64,000 nt of DNA from positions 11,410,088-11,474,087 of the forward strand of contig NC_134031.1 of assembly GCF_964204645.1 (NCBI RefSeq). Direction: 5' to 3'. This DNA comes from Tubulanus polymorphus. Taxonomy: Eukaryota; Animalia; Nemertea. The notes beneath the pieces are model-generated. The model had not been told where the DNA came from, did no database searches, and worked only from the letters and a program-made list of their open reading frames with translations. A program made the position numbers and the translations under genes. Positions 39,044-52,971 of the stretch are shown one piece after another (within the stretch, counting starts at the first letter, position 1; the number at the start of each line of letters is the position of its first letter).

Positions 39044-40735
39044 TTTTTAGCATTGGTTGACGTCTATGACGTCATGCCAATGCTAGTAAAATGTATCGAA
39101 AATAGTAGTACGAAAAAATAGCGCCGACTCTTCTCATTTTCATAGTAACTTCAAATTGTCACTCCGTTCACGTAAAACATTAGAAACAGCTGAAAATTAC
39201 TAAAAAAAATGTTTCAATTATTCACCACAACATAGCGTCGCCAGATTTCTGATTTAATGGTCCAAAAAGTTATTCGATCGCATTTTTCTCGTTCATTATC
39301 TGGTAGATGAGAGCGGGTTAAACAATCGCGTAGCGATATGTCCATATTGACATTAGCAGTAAAGAATGGGGAACAGCCTCTTCTGAATAGAAAAACATAA
39401 AATTATGTACCTCCGGTTTATAAATATCACAGTGTTTGGATATCACTTATTCCAACTATCAGTATCCATGGGATTATTTGGGATTAATTCTCAGCGTCAG
39501 AATACGTATTTCTAGAGCAGTGGAACGGCAGCCTACTCGTGACTGAAACCCGTACGTGATTGTGCGGGAACGCCTTTACTAAAGTTAAAACCATTTCATG
39601 ATGACACGAAACATCAAACGGTAAACGGTAGGCTACCACCATGATACGATATCACCAATAAAGATAGATCATTTTATTCAATTTTGCCAGAGTTGTTTAT
39701 TGGCGGAAAATATCATTGTTAAGAACGCTGAGAACGACCATGTTGTATCATCAATCAGTTGACTGACATTGTAAAATTCGATTCGGCTATATTCTAATAT
39801 AAGTTTTCACTTTAGGACGCCCTACCCGCCTGCTGCGCACTCATAAGGCGGTAGCACCCTCTTACACACTCGGCAGAGATTCGCTTTGTAATGCGCGCTG
39901 GGAAAAATACCTTTTATTATCTTTTCCATGCGTTAAACAACAGTGATTGAATTTACGCGTTGTTTGTCGTAAATTGCAATATTGCGATGGTTATTTGCCG
40001 CTGCTGTAGATTTTTGGAATTGAATCGAGCGGCCTCGGTAGCTCAGTGAGATAAGGCGTGAATCCACTATCAATGTTGAGTGACGAGTGGGTTCGAGTCC
40101 TGCTGGCTGCGAACAGTGTGCGGGCAGCACTTCAAAGGCCGTACCATCGTAAGGTTAAATGAACAATCCAATATGAATAGTCTTGGGAAACCAAGATCCA
40201 AACGACGTACGTAAAGCCAAACAAACAAAAAGACAAACAAACAATCATCAGCCGGCCTCAGTGACACCAACGCCGGCATCGCTCTCTGCGACGTTTTGCA
40301 TGCGTACATGCATCAGAGCTTGGAGCTCTAAGATCAGAGGGTCTTGCAATTGCATTCAGAAAAATCGTTCTGTTTTTGTTTTCACTATTCAGTGGGGCCT
40401 AACAGTTCATGCGTAAAAATGGGTTTTTGTATCCAAATCTTTATTGATATAAATATCTTGGCTGGGACATGATGGAAAACATCAGAATAAACTAGTTTCG
40501 TCTTTTTAACAGAATCGCATTAATGAGGCTTAACAGTACAATTAGCCTAGGCTAAATCGTTTGGCAGAAAATAAATTCATCAGGAATAAAATCGTACTAG
40601 ACAAATAGACCTTTAAGTCTGTGGTCCTCCCAATCAACATCGTCATAGAAGATTTGCCGGCAGATGTAAAACATTATAACCACTTAATACCACAGTATAA
40701 TCTACCAATGCTTCAAGGCCCATGGGCCTCTTGTT
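39044..40735 (+). mobile_element. HINE family C (partial second copy ~53000-53570)
   Basis: 5' hairpin TAGCATTGG..GACGTC.GACGTC..CCAATGCTA; 3' end CCAATGCTTCAAGGCCCATGGGCCTCTTGTT. Confidence 0.7.
40031..40244 (+). mobile_element. tRNA-derived SINE
   Basis: A box TAGCTCAGTGAG (40039-50), B box GGTTCGAGTCC (40090-100), GACGT..AAA tail followed by (AAAC)n. Confidence 0.7.
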
Positions 40736-40899
40736 TTTTATCTTTATCCACTTTTCTTTATTACATTATTATTCTATTTTTGTTTAACTGGGTTATTCAG
40801 TTCCATTCAGCCTATTGTGTACACAACAGCATTATTGATACTGATTTTTAGTTACATGATTCAGAACTATTGTTATAGTAGCACCATCACAAATTTAAA

Positions 40900-42975
40900 A
40901 AACACAGAACAATAAAGATTACTGAACCATGGATGACACCAAGTTTGGTTAAATGCTCACGGAGGTGTGACCGTTTGTACCGTAAGGATTGGTTATGACC
41001 GACAAAGTAGCAAGTTTAAGAATTATGTAGCGTATAGAAACCAATTGAATCATACCAAAAGGACTGCAAAGCATAATTATTATGCAAATAGAATTAGTTT
41101 ATTCAAATCTAATAGCAAAAAATTATGGAACCTTTTGCGAAATGCGATTGGTAAACAGAATGATAAAAAATCCTTACTAAATGCAAGGATTAATATTGAT
41201 GGACAATGTATCAATGACTCAACTATATCAAACTCCTTTTATTAATTTTTTAATGAAATTCGAAAACATTATTCTGACAAGGTCCCTGTTTCAAAAAAAT
41301 CTTTTTCCGATTACATGACCTATTGTAACTTTGAGTCCCTATTCCTTTTCCCAACTGATGAAAATCAGGTTCTGAAATTTATAAACTTTCTACTGAACAA
41401 ATAAAGTAATGGACATGATGATATCGATAACATTCTATTGCAACATATCTCATTGATAATCTATCGCCCATTAGCTATGATTTTCAATAAATCTATGATT
41501 GTTGAAGGACATATACCTGATAGCTTCAAACTAGCGATACTAACTAGTGATAGTAATTTACAAAGGTAAAAGTAAAAATGAATTAACGAACTACCACCGC
41601 CCTATTGCCTTACTACCAGTCATTTCTAAAATACTAGAAAAAATTATCCACAAGCGATTATATGATTGCCTACTTAAGCACCAGATATTATTTTCAAGTC
41701 AATATGGCTTGCGCCATGCTCATTCTACCAATCTAGCGCTATTAGAATTTCTAGAAAACTATGGGACTTGAAAATGATAAATACGTTGTTTATTCCTAGA
41801 TTAATCAAAAGCATTTAACTACATTAACATAGACATATGGAAACTTAACTGTTACTGTTATGGAATCCGTGGAATTGCTCACAACGGGTTTTGTAGTTAC
41901 TAGAAACAACGTAAGATGTTTGATAATAATAATATAATAATAGTTATTCCAAGGTGCACCAACTGGATCACGGAATAATGCAGCGGTCTGTTTTGGGTCC
42001 TCTACGTTTTTATGGACTTTTGCTTTAGCGAGGTCCATTCTGTTATCGCATATGAAACTTTCTTCCTTTGGTACAAAATAACTCCCAAAACAAAGCTTAG
42101 TTTCTCTTCAGAACTTTTAAAACATTCAATGCAGTAATAAAAGCTCTGACCCCATTGAATTTCATCGGATTTAGTTATTTATTTGTTGTTGGAACTGCAT
42201 TTCGTTTCGGAAGAACACATGCCCTTTTACGTATATTCATGCTTCACACACGTGCTCGTTACACTCGCTGCTATGTGATGTATTGATCTGTGCATGTATA
42301 TGACAAGCGCGCCTCGTGTGCGGCCTAGTTAAAGTTTTCCTGGAAACTGCAAATGATTCAACTGCCAGGGTTCGTCGCAGCTGGCCGTGAAAAGCAGTGA
42401 ATTTTATAGAAGGCCACTAAAATTGGGAACTTGGAAATTGTTCAATTTACAAAGAAAAATTGTCTATCAAACTTCGTAAACAGTGTATAGAAATCATGAC
42501 AAACATATAAATTTCATTTAGTCTCATAAATTTTTGGGTATCAAAGTAGATGAACACTTAACCTTTGACAGCCATGTAAGGTTTATTTGCCCCAGTATCA
42601 ATAAAAATCTGTATATTATGAATTGCACAAAACATATATTACCTAAATGGACAAAAAGTTGCTGTATTTTAGTATTTTTGTATGTTAACAGTCATTTAGT
42701 ATACTTTCTTTTTACTTACTTTGAAAAAAACATCTCAAAACTTTATTGAAGATACAGAAAAAAGCACTACGTATCATAGATAACGCCCCTTATAATTATC
42801 CAACTGGACCACTATTCAGGAAATACACAATATTAAAAATAGACTATATGATTAGTTTGAGGTTCAAAATAGCATATAATTTCACCCATAAATAATTTCG
42901 ATTACCGATTATGAGCCTCTTAAACAGAAATTCATATACTCATAGTTATGAAACTAGAGGACAAAACGACCGTCA
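40900..42975 (+). pseudogene. Highly degenerate non-LTR (CR1/L2/Crack-type) ORF2 relic
   Basis: PWMT, YRNQLN...AKHNYY, NSKKLWN, NY.RPIALLPVISKILEK, SQYG.R..HST, FLD.SKAF, FLGIKVDEHLTF, IQKKALRII. Confidence 0.85.
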
Positions 42976-43320
42976 TTGGTGAACCGGTTCGCCGAGAATT
43001 GATGTGAAATTGGTTATCTTAGAACAATATTGGCGAAAATATTCGCCGATGTCAATCAGGTGACTTCGTCGCTGATTGGCTAGTCGTTATAGCTATTAGC
43101 TATTAGAAGCATCTAAGCCAATCACCCACATGTGGGCTGTTACTACAAGCTGAGCTTCCAGGAATTTCAATGTCATTACACGTGTTTTGAATGATTAGAT
43201 GCACTGCATACATACTGACTGTGATAATAACTTGGGGCTTATATGACTGTATACAATACGCGGCTACAGCATTATAGACTGGCATACATTTACGAGCGTC
43301 TGCATTTATTTGAAGCAATC

Positions 43321-43595
43321 ATGGCAAACATATGTATTACAGCTGAGCAAGTCAGAGATCTCGTTTTTTTGATAGCAGCAGTGATAATGATAATGTAGAT
43401 GAAAGTGAAAATAAAAGTGATAATGAAAGTCAAAACACCAGTCAGACCGAATTTTACAGCGATGATGCAAGTAAAAGTGACAAGGAACCACCATCAGCGC
43501 TTCCTCCAGACAACTCTGGAAGCGACACTATCAATCCAGCCATACCTACTCCACCTCTCACTGCTCCAGCTAGGGGTCGAGGGCGTGGTCATTGA
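43321..43595 (+). pseudogene. Possible piggyBac-like transposase N-terminal acidic fragment
   Basis: MANICITAEQVRDLVF/DSSSDNDNVDESE...RGRGRG (one frameshift); a GAAAGAGTTAA end at ~45271-45281 could be the matching terminus. Confidence 0.3.
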
Positions 43596-43778
43596 ATTTT
43601 GGGGGATTAGACCCCGCAACATATCAAAACACAACCCCAAACCATGGATTTTTCTCCTAAATGTCTTTTTGAATATATCTCTAATTTTTTTAGAAGTATT
43701 ACATAGTAAATATATCCTGCAAGTCGTCATCGAATTAGTCGTATCATCACATGTCTTGTATAATTATTTTGGTCCCCA

Positions 43779-44683
43779 TTTTTGAGCTCTCGAGGAACGA
43801 GAGAGCTATTACAAGCGTGTCGGCATCATGCCGTGTTTGTTTACCACGAAAGCGCACCATGTTTTCAGTCATTGAATTGAGGAAAGATCGGATAAATGGG
43901 GTTTAATCCGCTGGAAAAATAGATCCGGCAATTTTGTATTTAAGATTATTTCACATTATATTGGATTGAATGGTAGAAGTTGACCACAATGATATTAAAC
44001 AGATTTTTGAGATAGTGTTTTATCAAAACTTCTTTTGGATAGATTTATTTTACAAGCAGAATTAATATGCGGATGACTACATCACTTGGTGTGAACGGGC
44101 ACCTTACACCAAGGGTCGGTACCTTGTTTTGTGCTAGGAAAGTCAGTGGGGGTCTTTAAATTTTAAAGGTTGGCAGACAATTTCGTTGAAAGCCTTTAAT
44201 TTTTACGGTTAGACCGAAATTATCGCCGAGTTGAATGGCAGTGTGGCGTGCGTTTATTCATTTACTGCAGACGTATTGCATAGCAACAGTCGATCGGCGT
44301 CTAGCCATACTACGCAATGCAAGCGCGCACTGGCAGATCAATAGTATCTCACACTGCATTCACTACAGGCGGCTTAGGCTCATATTTCTGCGCGCTTATG
44401 AATACGGTCTAGTTATTATTGGTCCAGTTATGACTAATAAGTCTTTGGAAGTGATACACATTGGTCTGTCGATCTTTTTACCGGCCATAACAAATCGATC
44501 TGACGTATTTGTTCCTGCCTACCACTGTCTGAGGCGTCAAAGGTCACCGTTGTGCTGCCCAGGGCAGTTGTTAAAGCGAACGGATCTTCAAAATTCAAGA
44601 AATAGAATGAACAATGTAACATGTTTTCATTGATATTATAAAAAACTGTACCTCGAGAGCACAGGACCCATGGTCCTCTAGTT
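43779..44683 (+). mobile_element. HINE family D (5' end also at ~14096)
   Basis: AGCTCTCGAGGAACGAGAGAGCTA start; 3' end CTCGAGAGCACAGGACCCATGGTCCTCTAGTT. Confidence 0.7.
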
Positions 44684-47357
44684 TTCTTCTTTAAACCTTA
44701 TCAAATTATGCTTATAACTCGTACTTCATAAGTCATATTTTTCACGTAAGTCATATCAATTTTGGAAGCCAAACCTTTGATTACATTCATACATCGCGTA
44801 AGTCGTAGCCCGATATGCCGGCAGCAGATACAAATACGTTACAATATTGTCTGTGTAAGTGTTTAGACAGTTAACCTTCAACAGTTTTACAGTTTAGACA
44901 GTAACTTTCTTGTGACGTTGTCTGTGTGGTACATGTGGCAGCTTTTAATTGATTGATTGAGGGTAGATTTCAGCGATATAGATCTGCACTGCCAGCTCAG
45001 GATATGACCGGGAACATGAGGAACCATGCTGGAATCTGAGCGTAGTATATATCGTATCTTCATGGGTTATTCGCAGAATTCCTATAAAACCACGACTAAT
45101 AGATAATTCATGAAAATACGCCTTACACGTAACTCGTATATCACGTAAGTCGTAGAAATATTGTCAGTCTGGCTGTGACTAATGCGGGGTTGACTGTACA
45201 AAATTGTTCTAAAACAATGAAACTAATTCATCACACCTGAATACCATTAATCAATAACATATTCAACATGGAAAGAGTTAAGATCTAAAATTGCATTTCA
45301 AGATCGATTTCTGTGAAATCTTTAGTTAGGGTTTTCTGACTTTCGTCGAAAACCCTCTTGAAATTCTGTTGATTATTATTGTTATTATATATTTTCCGCC
45401 AATTTTGTCAAATAAAATTCATCTTCATTCAGATTCGGCAACTGACAGCTTTGAAACGAAATGTATAAATTGATACTGTAATAACGGTCTCTCTGAACCA
45501 ACAGATTGTCTGAATGTACTTTCCATCCTATTTGAAACTTAAAATTACTTATTAGGTTACTGTAAATAAAGAATTGAATTGAATTGTTAGACAACAAGCA
45601 CCGGCGAAATAACAGTTTGTGACGTCATTTAGTAAGTAAATAAAGGAGGGCTCCGAGCATTTCCAAATCGCGGGGGACTATACTGGGGTTAGACCATTCA
45701 ACCAAAAAGAGGATTGCTCCGATAATATCCAAATCATCTCATTTTATTTTTTCCATCGAATACCCCGGTAATTAATTTTTTCTTTCGATCACATGCATCC
45801 AGAATACCCGTTATCGCTGCTTTGCAGCTATATTTGACTTTGGTTTTTGGGAGGAATATTTTTATTTGCACTACAGAAAATATCATTGACATTTATGGAA
45901 AGTCCGGATATGCTAATTAGCCATGTGCTAAAAGTGCAAATTAAATCAAATTTTATTCTGCAAAAAAATCAAATCCAATTCAATTTTACTTTATTTCACA
46001 AATTAAAGATTAAATCCAATTCAATCTTGTTTTATCAAGCAAATTTCTGAAAATGTAATTCTATTCCGCGTTCAAATCGATAAGACCAAGGGAAAAGTTT
46101 TATCTGAGGTATTTGTTCCTGCCAGCTCCAGTGGCTGTCTGTGGTAAAGTGTCAAAAGGTATAGCCAAAATGCTTGTATCATCAGGGGTAGACAAATCAT
46201 CCGATTGTTTCGTCTCGATAAATCGACACATCATTCATTTCAAAATCTGTGTTCATAGTAGATTTCTATCAATAACATAAGAATCTATTGCACTAATTTT
46301 TATGTATTCAAGATTGAATTTGAATCGATCTTAAACCAGTGAAAGCTTTCAGAAATTTAGAAAATCCTAGACTCATAATTAAATTCTGTGAAGTCAGTTA
46401 AGGTCTTTTGCTCAAATCAAGCCGTGGGCTCAGGTGGCTAAAATTCAATTCCTCAATGTCCCTCTAATGCCGCATACGATGGAGTTTACACATTGAAATT
46501 TGTTGGGCTGTCTAAGTGTAATTTGGATAAGTCAGCAGTAAATTGACCGCCCCGCTCCGCTGCAACTGAGACATAAACAAGTTAGACTGTATTGCTTCAA
46601 TGCTTTGACAAACTGACTCGTAAGCAAAATGACCTTCCAAATCAAATGGCAGGAATCACATGTGTTTTTTGTGTCTTTCACACCTTTCACACATGTAATG
46701 TGTGTTATTCACACAAATAACATATGTGAATTTTTTGTAAGGGAATCCAAATATTGTACGGGCTCCACAGTATCAGAAGTATGAGAGTAAAACATAAATT
46801 TAGTCGCTTAAAACAAGAACTTTTCACGGAGGCACCGGATAAAACTCATGGGAGGTCGCGGGTAGATAAGCTCAATTCAATTCAAAATATATTTACGGCT
46901 CCTTTTACGTTCATGATTAATATTTTGAAAATTGTTTCCATTTTAGTAAATTATGCACTTAACATGTCTTAAAAACAGTTTAATTGGTTCAAAATTTTAA
47001 AATGTGTGATTTAATCAAGCAAAATGTGAAAACATTAAATCAATCATGGTATCGTAGACGCTGGATAGATGGCACCACAGAATTAAATCCATGAAAATTT
47101 GTAATTTAGCATCACCGACATCGGGCCAATGAAGCTGTTTTGCAATATTTTTTTTTGGATGTCAAATTTTTTAATAAAAGGTTTGAAATGTCATTTTGAC
47201 TATAAAAAATGATTTCTGATTCAACTTATTCAAGTATTTCAATGATCTTATCGTTTAACCCCGGACATTGTGCCGACAAGTTACCGACAGCCGTTAATTC
47301 ACCTACATCAGCCAACAAGTTGCCGATGTCGGGCTGATTCAAAATGTTGACTAGGGT

Positions 47358-50300
47358 CTGATGGAATTTCTGGGCCGTGATTGTCTTTGTCGTTTGTCAC
47401 TCTCAGGCTGCAATTGTCTTAATTGTGGTGTGTCTGCCAATGGCTGGTTCTGCCACAGGGTCATAAGCGACTGGATCGATAGGCTGCGGCAATGGTGTCC
47501 TATTGAATCAGGCTGACATTGGTTTGGAGCATCTACCCTATTTGGTGCTGTATGACCAGAACCAGTGTTCCTCGGTGGACGGCGGACCCATACCGCCTCC
47601 TCGTGTTGGGACTCCTCAGAAAAGCATCTGAGTCACCCATGATTGAATCACTTACATTTGTCCTTGGCTGTCTGAGGTTTTCAACGAATCTTTATTTTCG
47701 ACTTGGGTGCCTGACTTCTGGCTTACCTGCAGCGCCACCATCTGGTTGCCACGTTCACTGCTCCATGTCGTTGAAGAGAACTACCTTGAGTTTTGGGTTT
47801 CCAATTTCTGGCTTCACCGGGTTTTCCATTTCCTGTGGAACTTTGCTGCCTCGCCCTTCTTGGCCATATAGCCATACGCAGTCACCAGTACTGTGCCTGC
47901 CTCGACATGCGAACCTGTGGTAAATGACTTTTTGCCGCCGCTGTGCAGTCTTGGAGTTGTCCTCGAGCCTCATCATGTGCATCGACAAGTCTGTTAGCCA
48001 AGTCATTCACAAATTTACTCTTTATCTGCTCTGGCTCCGGCAAGCCCAGACTTATGTCAACCAGGAGTACCATCTCCTCTCCGAAAGTCAAGTAAAATGG
48101 GGTCTCTTTGGTTGAGGCTTGCACACTCGAGAAGTATGCCATAAGACACAAAGGCAGTTGTTGGTTCCAGTCTGTACCCTGTTCATTCCAAACTGTGGTG
48201 AATATTGACTTCAGCAATTTGTTAAAGTTCTTGATCTGACCATTGCCCATAGGGTGGTACGCAATTGTCCTGGTTTTATATATAGCCAAGATACGACAAA
48301 TTTCAGCGAAAACTTTAGACTCAAATTCCCTGTCAGGATGAATGGTCTCCGGGCTACCGTACCTGCTCACCCACTCATTGAGGATGAACCTAGCAACAAC
48401 TGGTGCCTTTTTGCCACATATTGCCCACACCTCAGTCCATTTGGTGAATGAATCAGGGACGATAATTTTTCGACCTTAGTCGGATTTCCAACCTTTTTGA
48501 TTCATTTTGATCATCCCTGAGATCAATGCAGAACAGTTGGAAAAAAATGGGGGGGGATGGTGAGGATAATGGCATCTTAAGAATGATTGGTATGACCATA
48601 AAAGCGTTTCCCGATCTATCTTTAAATGCGATCATTTTCGTTAACAAAGTTTTATCAATCAGTTGCCCGACCATGTGTCTGTGGATATATGTATCTACAT
48701 TATTGACTTTTTACGGAGTGTCGCTCGTGTAGTGCGGAAAAACAGCTTTTGCGGCCCATAACGTGGCGCCGCCTACATTGTTTTCTTATGCAAATGAATA
48801 GATGATGAGCATCTTGACTTGTCTTGGAACTAGCAGTGTGTTAACTGTAACACATCGGACGATGTTGTTTGATTTTCTGAGTGAAATTTCAATGTGAAAA
48901 CTGCTGATAAACGATCTGAGATGATGTGAAAAATAAAAATTTCCAGACCCCCGTCATTACTTCGCGCCTTAAGCGCTTGTGGCTGGCAGCTGGTACTGCC
49001 AGTAACTTGATGGTAACCAAAATTCCTTTCCTTCAGTTTTCATGAAGCCATGATATTTGCCTGCATGTCCAGTGTGTAGTTCTTTAATACACTGTGGGGC
49101 AAATTTTCCTGGCATCACCATGCGGTACTGTCTGTTTCTAGAATGAGGTAGTCATTTAAGAAGCAGTAAACTATTTTTAAGTACTAAACTTGTTGTTCTG
49201 CTGGACAAGGTTTCGTACGGCTACGGACCAATTCGATTACCCTATGAATCTCAGGATCCCCCAACTGGGCTTTACCGATGTTGTCATATGGTAGTGTGTC
49301 ACTTAATTGAATGGCACAAGCATTACCATGTCATGCAACTCTGGCAGTCACCACGCTTTCTCATCGTTCTCGGCAATCTAGAAACTGCGTCAGCATTTGA
49401 ATGCAGAATCTTTAAGTCATAGTCCTGAAGTCTCTCAAGCCAACAGGCGACTTGCCTCTCCGGATTCTTGAACCCCTGAGACCATTTTAGTGCTACGCGA
49501 TCAGTTCTGACAAGAAATGGTCTACCCAGGAGGTAATGTCGAAAGCTTGATCTACAAGTGTCAACATTTCCCGACAGGTGGCGCAGTTTGCTCGCATCAG
49601 AGAAATCAGCAAAACCTAATACAGGCAGAGTCGTTAACTTGGTCTTCAGTGAACTAAACGCTGCCTCCTGCTGTAGATCCCAGATGACATTTGTCTCACG
49701 ACAAGGTACGTGGATGGTGGCGTCAGAAAAATTGGCCAATCTCACTGGAATCGAGTTAGACTTAGGCGACACTAAGGATTTAGCAGTAGAGATTTCCATC
49801 ATTTTGCCACCCTGTATCATTCCGGGGGTTAGGTTGTTGTGGAAGTTTTTTTCAGAAATACTCTGCTCCCTTTCTTGGCCTGCCACATAAGGGGTATCTC
49901 AGTCCACTGACAGAAAGACAAAGTTCCCTTACCACAGTCGATTTTCCTGCCAAATTTGGCATTCTTGAGTCAAGTCATTGGTAATTACTATTGGTGTGGT
50001 GAATTGGAGGTGACCGAACTTAATCGTGACATCTGCTACCCCTCTAATTGACATCTCTTGTCCATTTTCCATTTGCTGTAGTAAGCGCCCCATGGACGGG
50101 TTTCAACTCGGCCCGTTGTCCTCTTGGAGGTCTTGCTTCCCATACTGATGCACAGAGCGAAGTGGCACCTGTGTCCAGGAGGACTGATGTTTCCGTTACG
50201 TTGTTTATATTAGCACAGCAATGGAGCCCCGTGTCATGAAGCTCCACGTGTCCAATATTCATTAAAGGTTGCCTCACAGTATCTGGGGCTGCATGCAAAC

Positions 50301-50640
50301 CTCAGTGTTTTCACCCGCTGTAGTCACGGATGCGGGAGCGTCGGGTCTTAATCTAGGCGTCCATTTAATTCCTTTTTGCGTGGCTAGGATTGGTAGACGC
50401 ACTACACAAGTTTGAACCATTTTGAGGTGACTTCAATATAGTGGTGGAAACATTTCTAGCCTTGCAGTCTGGTCTCAAGGTGCCAATCACCGTCCGTACC
50501 CGGTGACAGTCTTTTCGCCAGGGGAATATACTTCGGTACTTCAGCTGGGCCTACCATTTCCGCGGTGGGTATCCCCGGCCCTTGGCCCATTGCGTTTCCC
50601 TCCTGACCTTCTCTGCAATTCTCTGCATAGTGGCCTTAAC
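47358..50640 (-). mobile_element. Old Ty3/Gypsy relic (protease, RNase H and integrase fragments; most RT deleted; unrelated insertion ~48452-48972)
   Basis: VLLDTGAT; FRHYLLGRPFLVRTD..L.W...PERQVACWLERLQDYD; WVSRYGSPETIH..REFES..KTRTIAYHPMGNGQ. No LTRs recognised. Confidence 0.85.
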
Positions 50641-50739
50641 CTGTAGCAGGTGACTACTTATCAGTTTACAATGTTATTGAATATGATTGACCAATGCAAT
50701 TCAATTTTTGCTTCATGGATCTTAAACTTTGTTTTACAG

Positions 50740-50833
50740 GTACACCGAGAATGGAAAGATCTAACAACCACAGCCCTTAATCGGAGTAGAAAATTATCAA
50801 TTCTTTCAAATCATACATTTCAACGTATAGTTT
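50740..50833 (+). other. Candidate 94-nt exon of the PARP-like gene (phase problem)
   Basis: TTTTACAG acceptor and GTAAGT donor; the 3' frame KIINSFKSYISTYSL would join RKKCM, but needs a 1-nt indel to be open. Confidence 0.35.
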
Positions 50834-51815
50834 GTAAGTCAAAATTTCTGATATGATAAGACCTAGCCTACCACCATGTATCGTTGATATGAATAATATG
50901 GCCTATATGAATAAATTTGAAATTTTTTGAAACAGAGTTTCAGTTTGATTTTATTGTTGATGTCTCGAAAGGGAATGTATATCCATCTTCCTCTCATTCC
51001 TCCCGCCTTTTCAATAAGACCAGCATTTAATCCAATGGGTGGTTTTATAGTAGACTCTACTGCTTGTGTACACTATCCAAACCCGTAGTTTTAAAATGGT
51101 CAAATTTAAGTACTAGACTCTTTGAACCAGCCACTATGAAAAATCAACCAAATTGATAGGTGGACTATTACTTATTGTCCTGTAGTGGTAACTAAGTAAA
51201 AGTAGACATTTGGTTCAGCCTTTCTTGACCCATAAGTAAAAGTAGACATTTGATTCAGCCTTTCTTGGCCCAGTTTACCCTTTCTTGGCCGCATATAATC
51301 AGGGGTATTGGGTATTGTTAAGCCATTCAAACATTTCATGAGGTTATACATGTACAACTGGTTCTAATCCTGGTCACAATTGCTCACAATTAGTTGGTGG
51401 TCTATTTCCAAATACAACAACGTTACAATACTGGATCTGCACATGACTTATAATATATCATCCAAGCATTAGTTCACTCCTCTTGCCTAGGATCTCGCAT
51501 GAGCAAGTTAATCGGAAGTTAGCAAATTCTGGGGAAGCCAGCCTGATCATCTGGCATCTGCATATGAATTTGAGATTTTAAACTTTTTTGACTGAATGGA
51601 ATAACCTGGCAATCAGATCCGTTGCAAGTGAAGCCTTCTATATAATGATGCAATGACTTAAATATCACAGACACTCCCAATTATGACGCTATTGACCTAC
51701 ACCCAAATTTGCAATTACTTACATCTGTTTACAGTTACATCCAAAACATGCCTTCTAATACCATTGCATTTTTATGATTTACCTGAAATAAATGATATCT
51801 TGGTCTTTATTTCAG

Positions 51816-52971
51816 GCGAAAGAAATGTATGGATTTTTCTGGAGGTGTATTTCAAGAGAAGATATATTTTTACTCATGTGACCCAGATATGGTGGATTAT
51901 GTTAAAAAGCATGGACCAATTGTCAATAACTCACTGAAAGAAAGAGGCATTGATCTTCCTGAGTTAGGTGATGAGGGCTTTTATTTTACAAGGTATCCGA
52001 TCCCTGTCGAATACAAGCTTTTTGATAAAGATTGCTACGTTGTGTTTATATGTCATGTTCTAAGCTCGAATATCAAAACAGGTTCTTACACAAATGATCC
52101 ATTTGATCATGCTGTATATGACACCTATTCATCCTTTGATAATCAAGTTATCATGAAAATGGATCAAGATCAGTCCAAAATTAATTATCTAGTTTCCTAC
52201 TCAATGTCTGACAAGCCAGATAGCCTCTCTAATCCAACACTTATAAGTCGAGACTATTCGCCCCCGCCTGCTTACAGTGAAATTCAGCAGACTACATTTT
52301 CTGACCATGCAAATTTTGGGTTGCAGTCGCCTCCATACCAAGACCCGAGTTCCATTGGTCTTCAAAGTTATACAGCTGCTTTCCCCCCAAATTATCAGAT
52401 AAAATCTGAGTTCAAGCAAAATGCTTCCAGTTCTGCAGGGACTAGAAAAGCACATTCACCAATATCACCTTCAGAAAGCATGTCTACATACCATCAGAGA
52501 CCTAAACAAGAGTTACCAATACAACAAAATCAGCCAGTTATTAGGAGGAAAAGCTCCACATCTTCAGACACTCGAAAACAAACGTATCAAAGAATTTGCT
52601 CAAGTCCTAATGCGCCATCACCAGTATATCCTGAAACTGATTCTTCTCATGCAATCAGGCTATCAGAGCCTCAATTTCCCCTGGGTATGCCTGAATCCCC
52701 AATTTCAACTAATAGACTTGTCAATATCCCCTCTGCTGGAGCCCAAGTCACCAGAGAACCACCAATGTCATCTGCTACTCGGAGGTCTTCATTTTCTCAG
52801 TGTGTCAGACCTAAACAAATTCCACAAAACCAAGAGAAGCAATCCGTCAGACAAAAGATAGCTGTACCCTCACCAGTATATCAGCCACCAATATCCTATA
52901 AACTTCCATATGGCGCTTCAACCTACACTTCTCCTCCACGCAGTGATAATAAAGCATGTATAATGCAATAA
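51816..52971 (+). CDS. Large exon: divergent PARP/ADP-ribosyltransferase-fold domain (likely inactive) followed by an S/P/Q-rich low-complexity tail
   Basis: Acceptor TTTCAG at 51810-15 and >1.1 kb open frame. RKKCM...EKIYFYSC..MVDYVKKHG...EGFYFTR...VVFICHVL...G...YDT...QVIMKMDQDQSKINYLVSY aligns by eye with PARP catalytic motifs. Confidence 0.7.

Noticed and set aside
52421-52861. Overlapping 146-aa ORF
   Set aside because: Shadow frame of the low-complexity S/P-rich coding exon.
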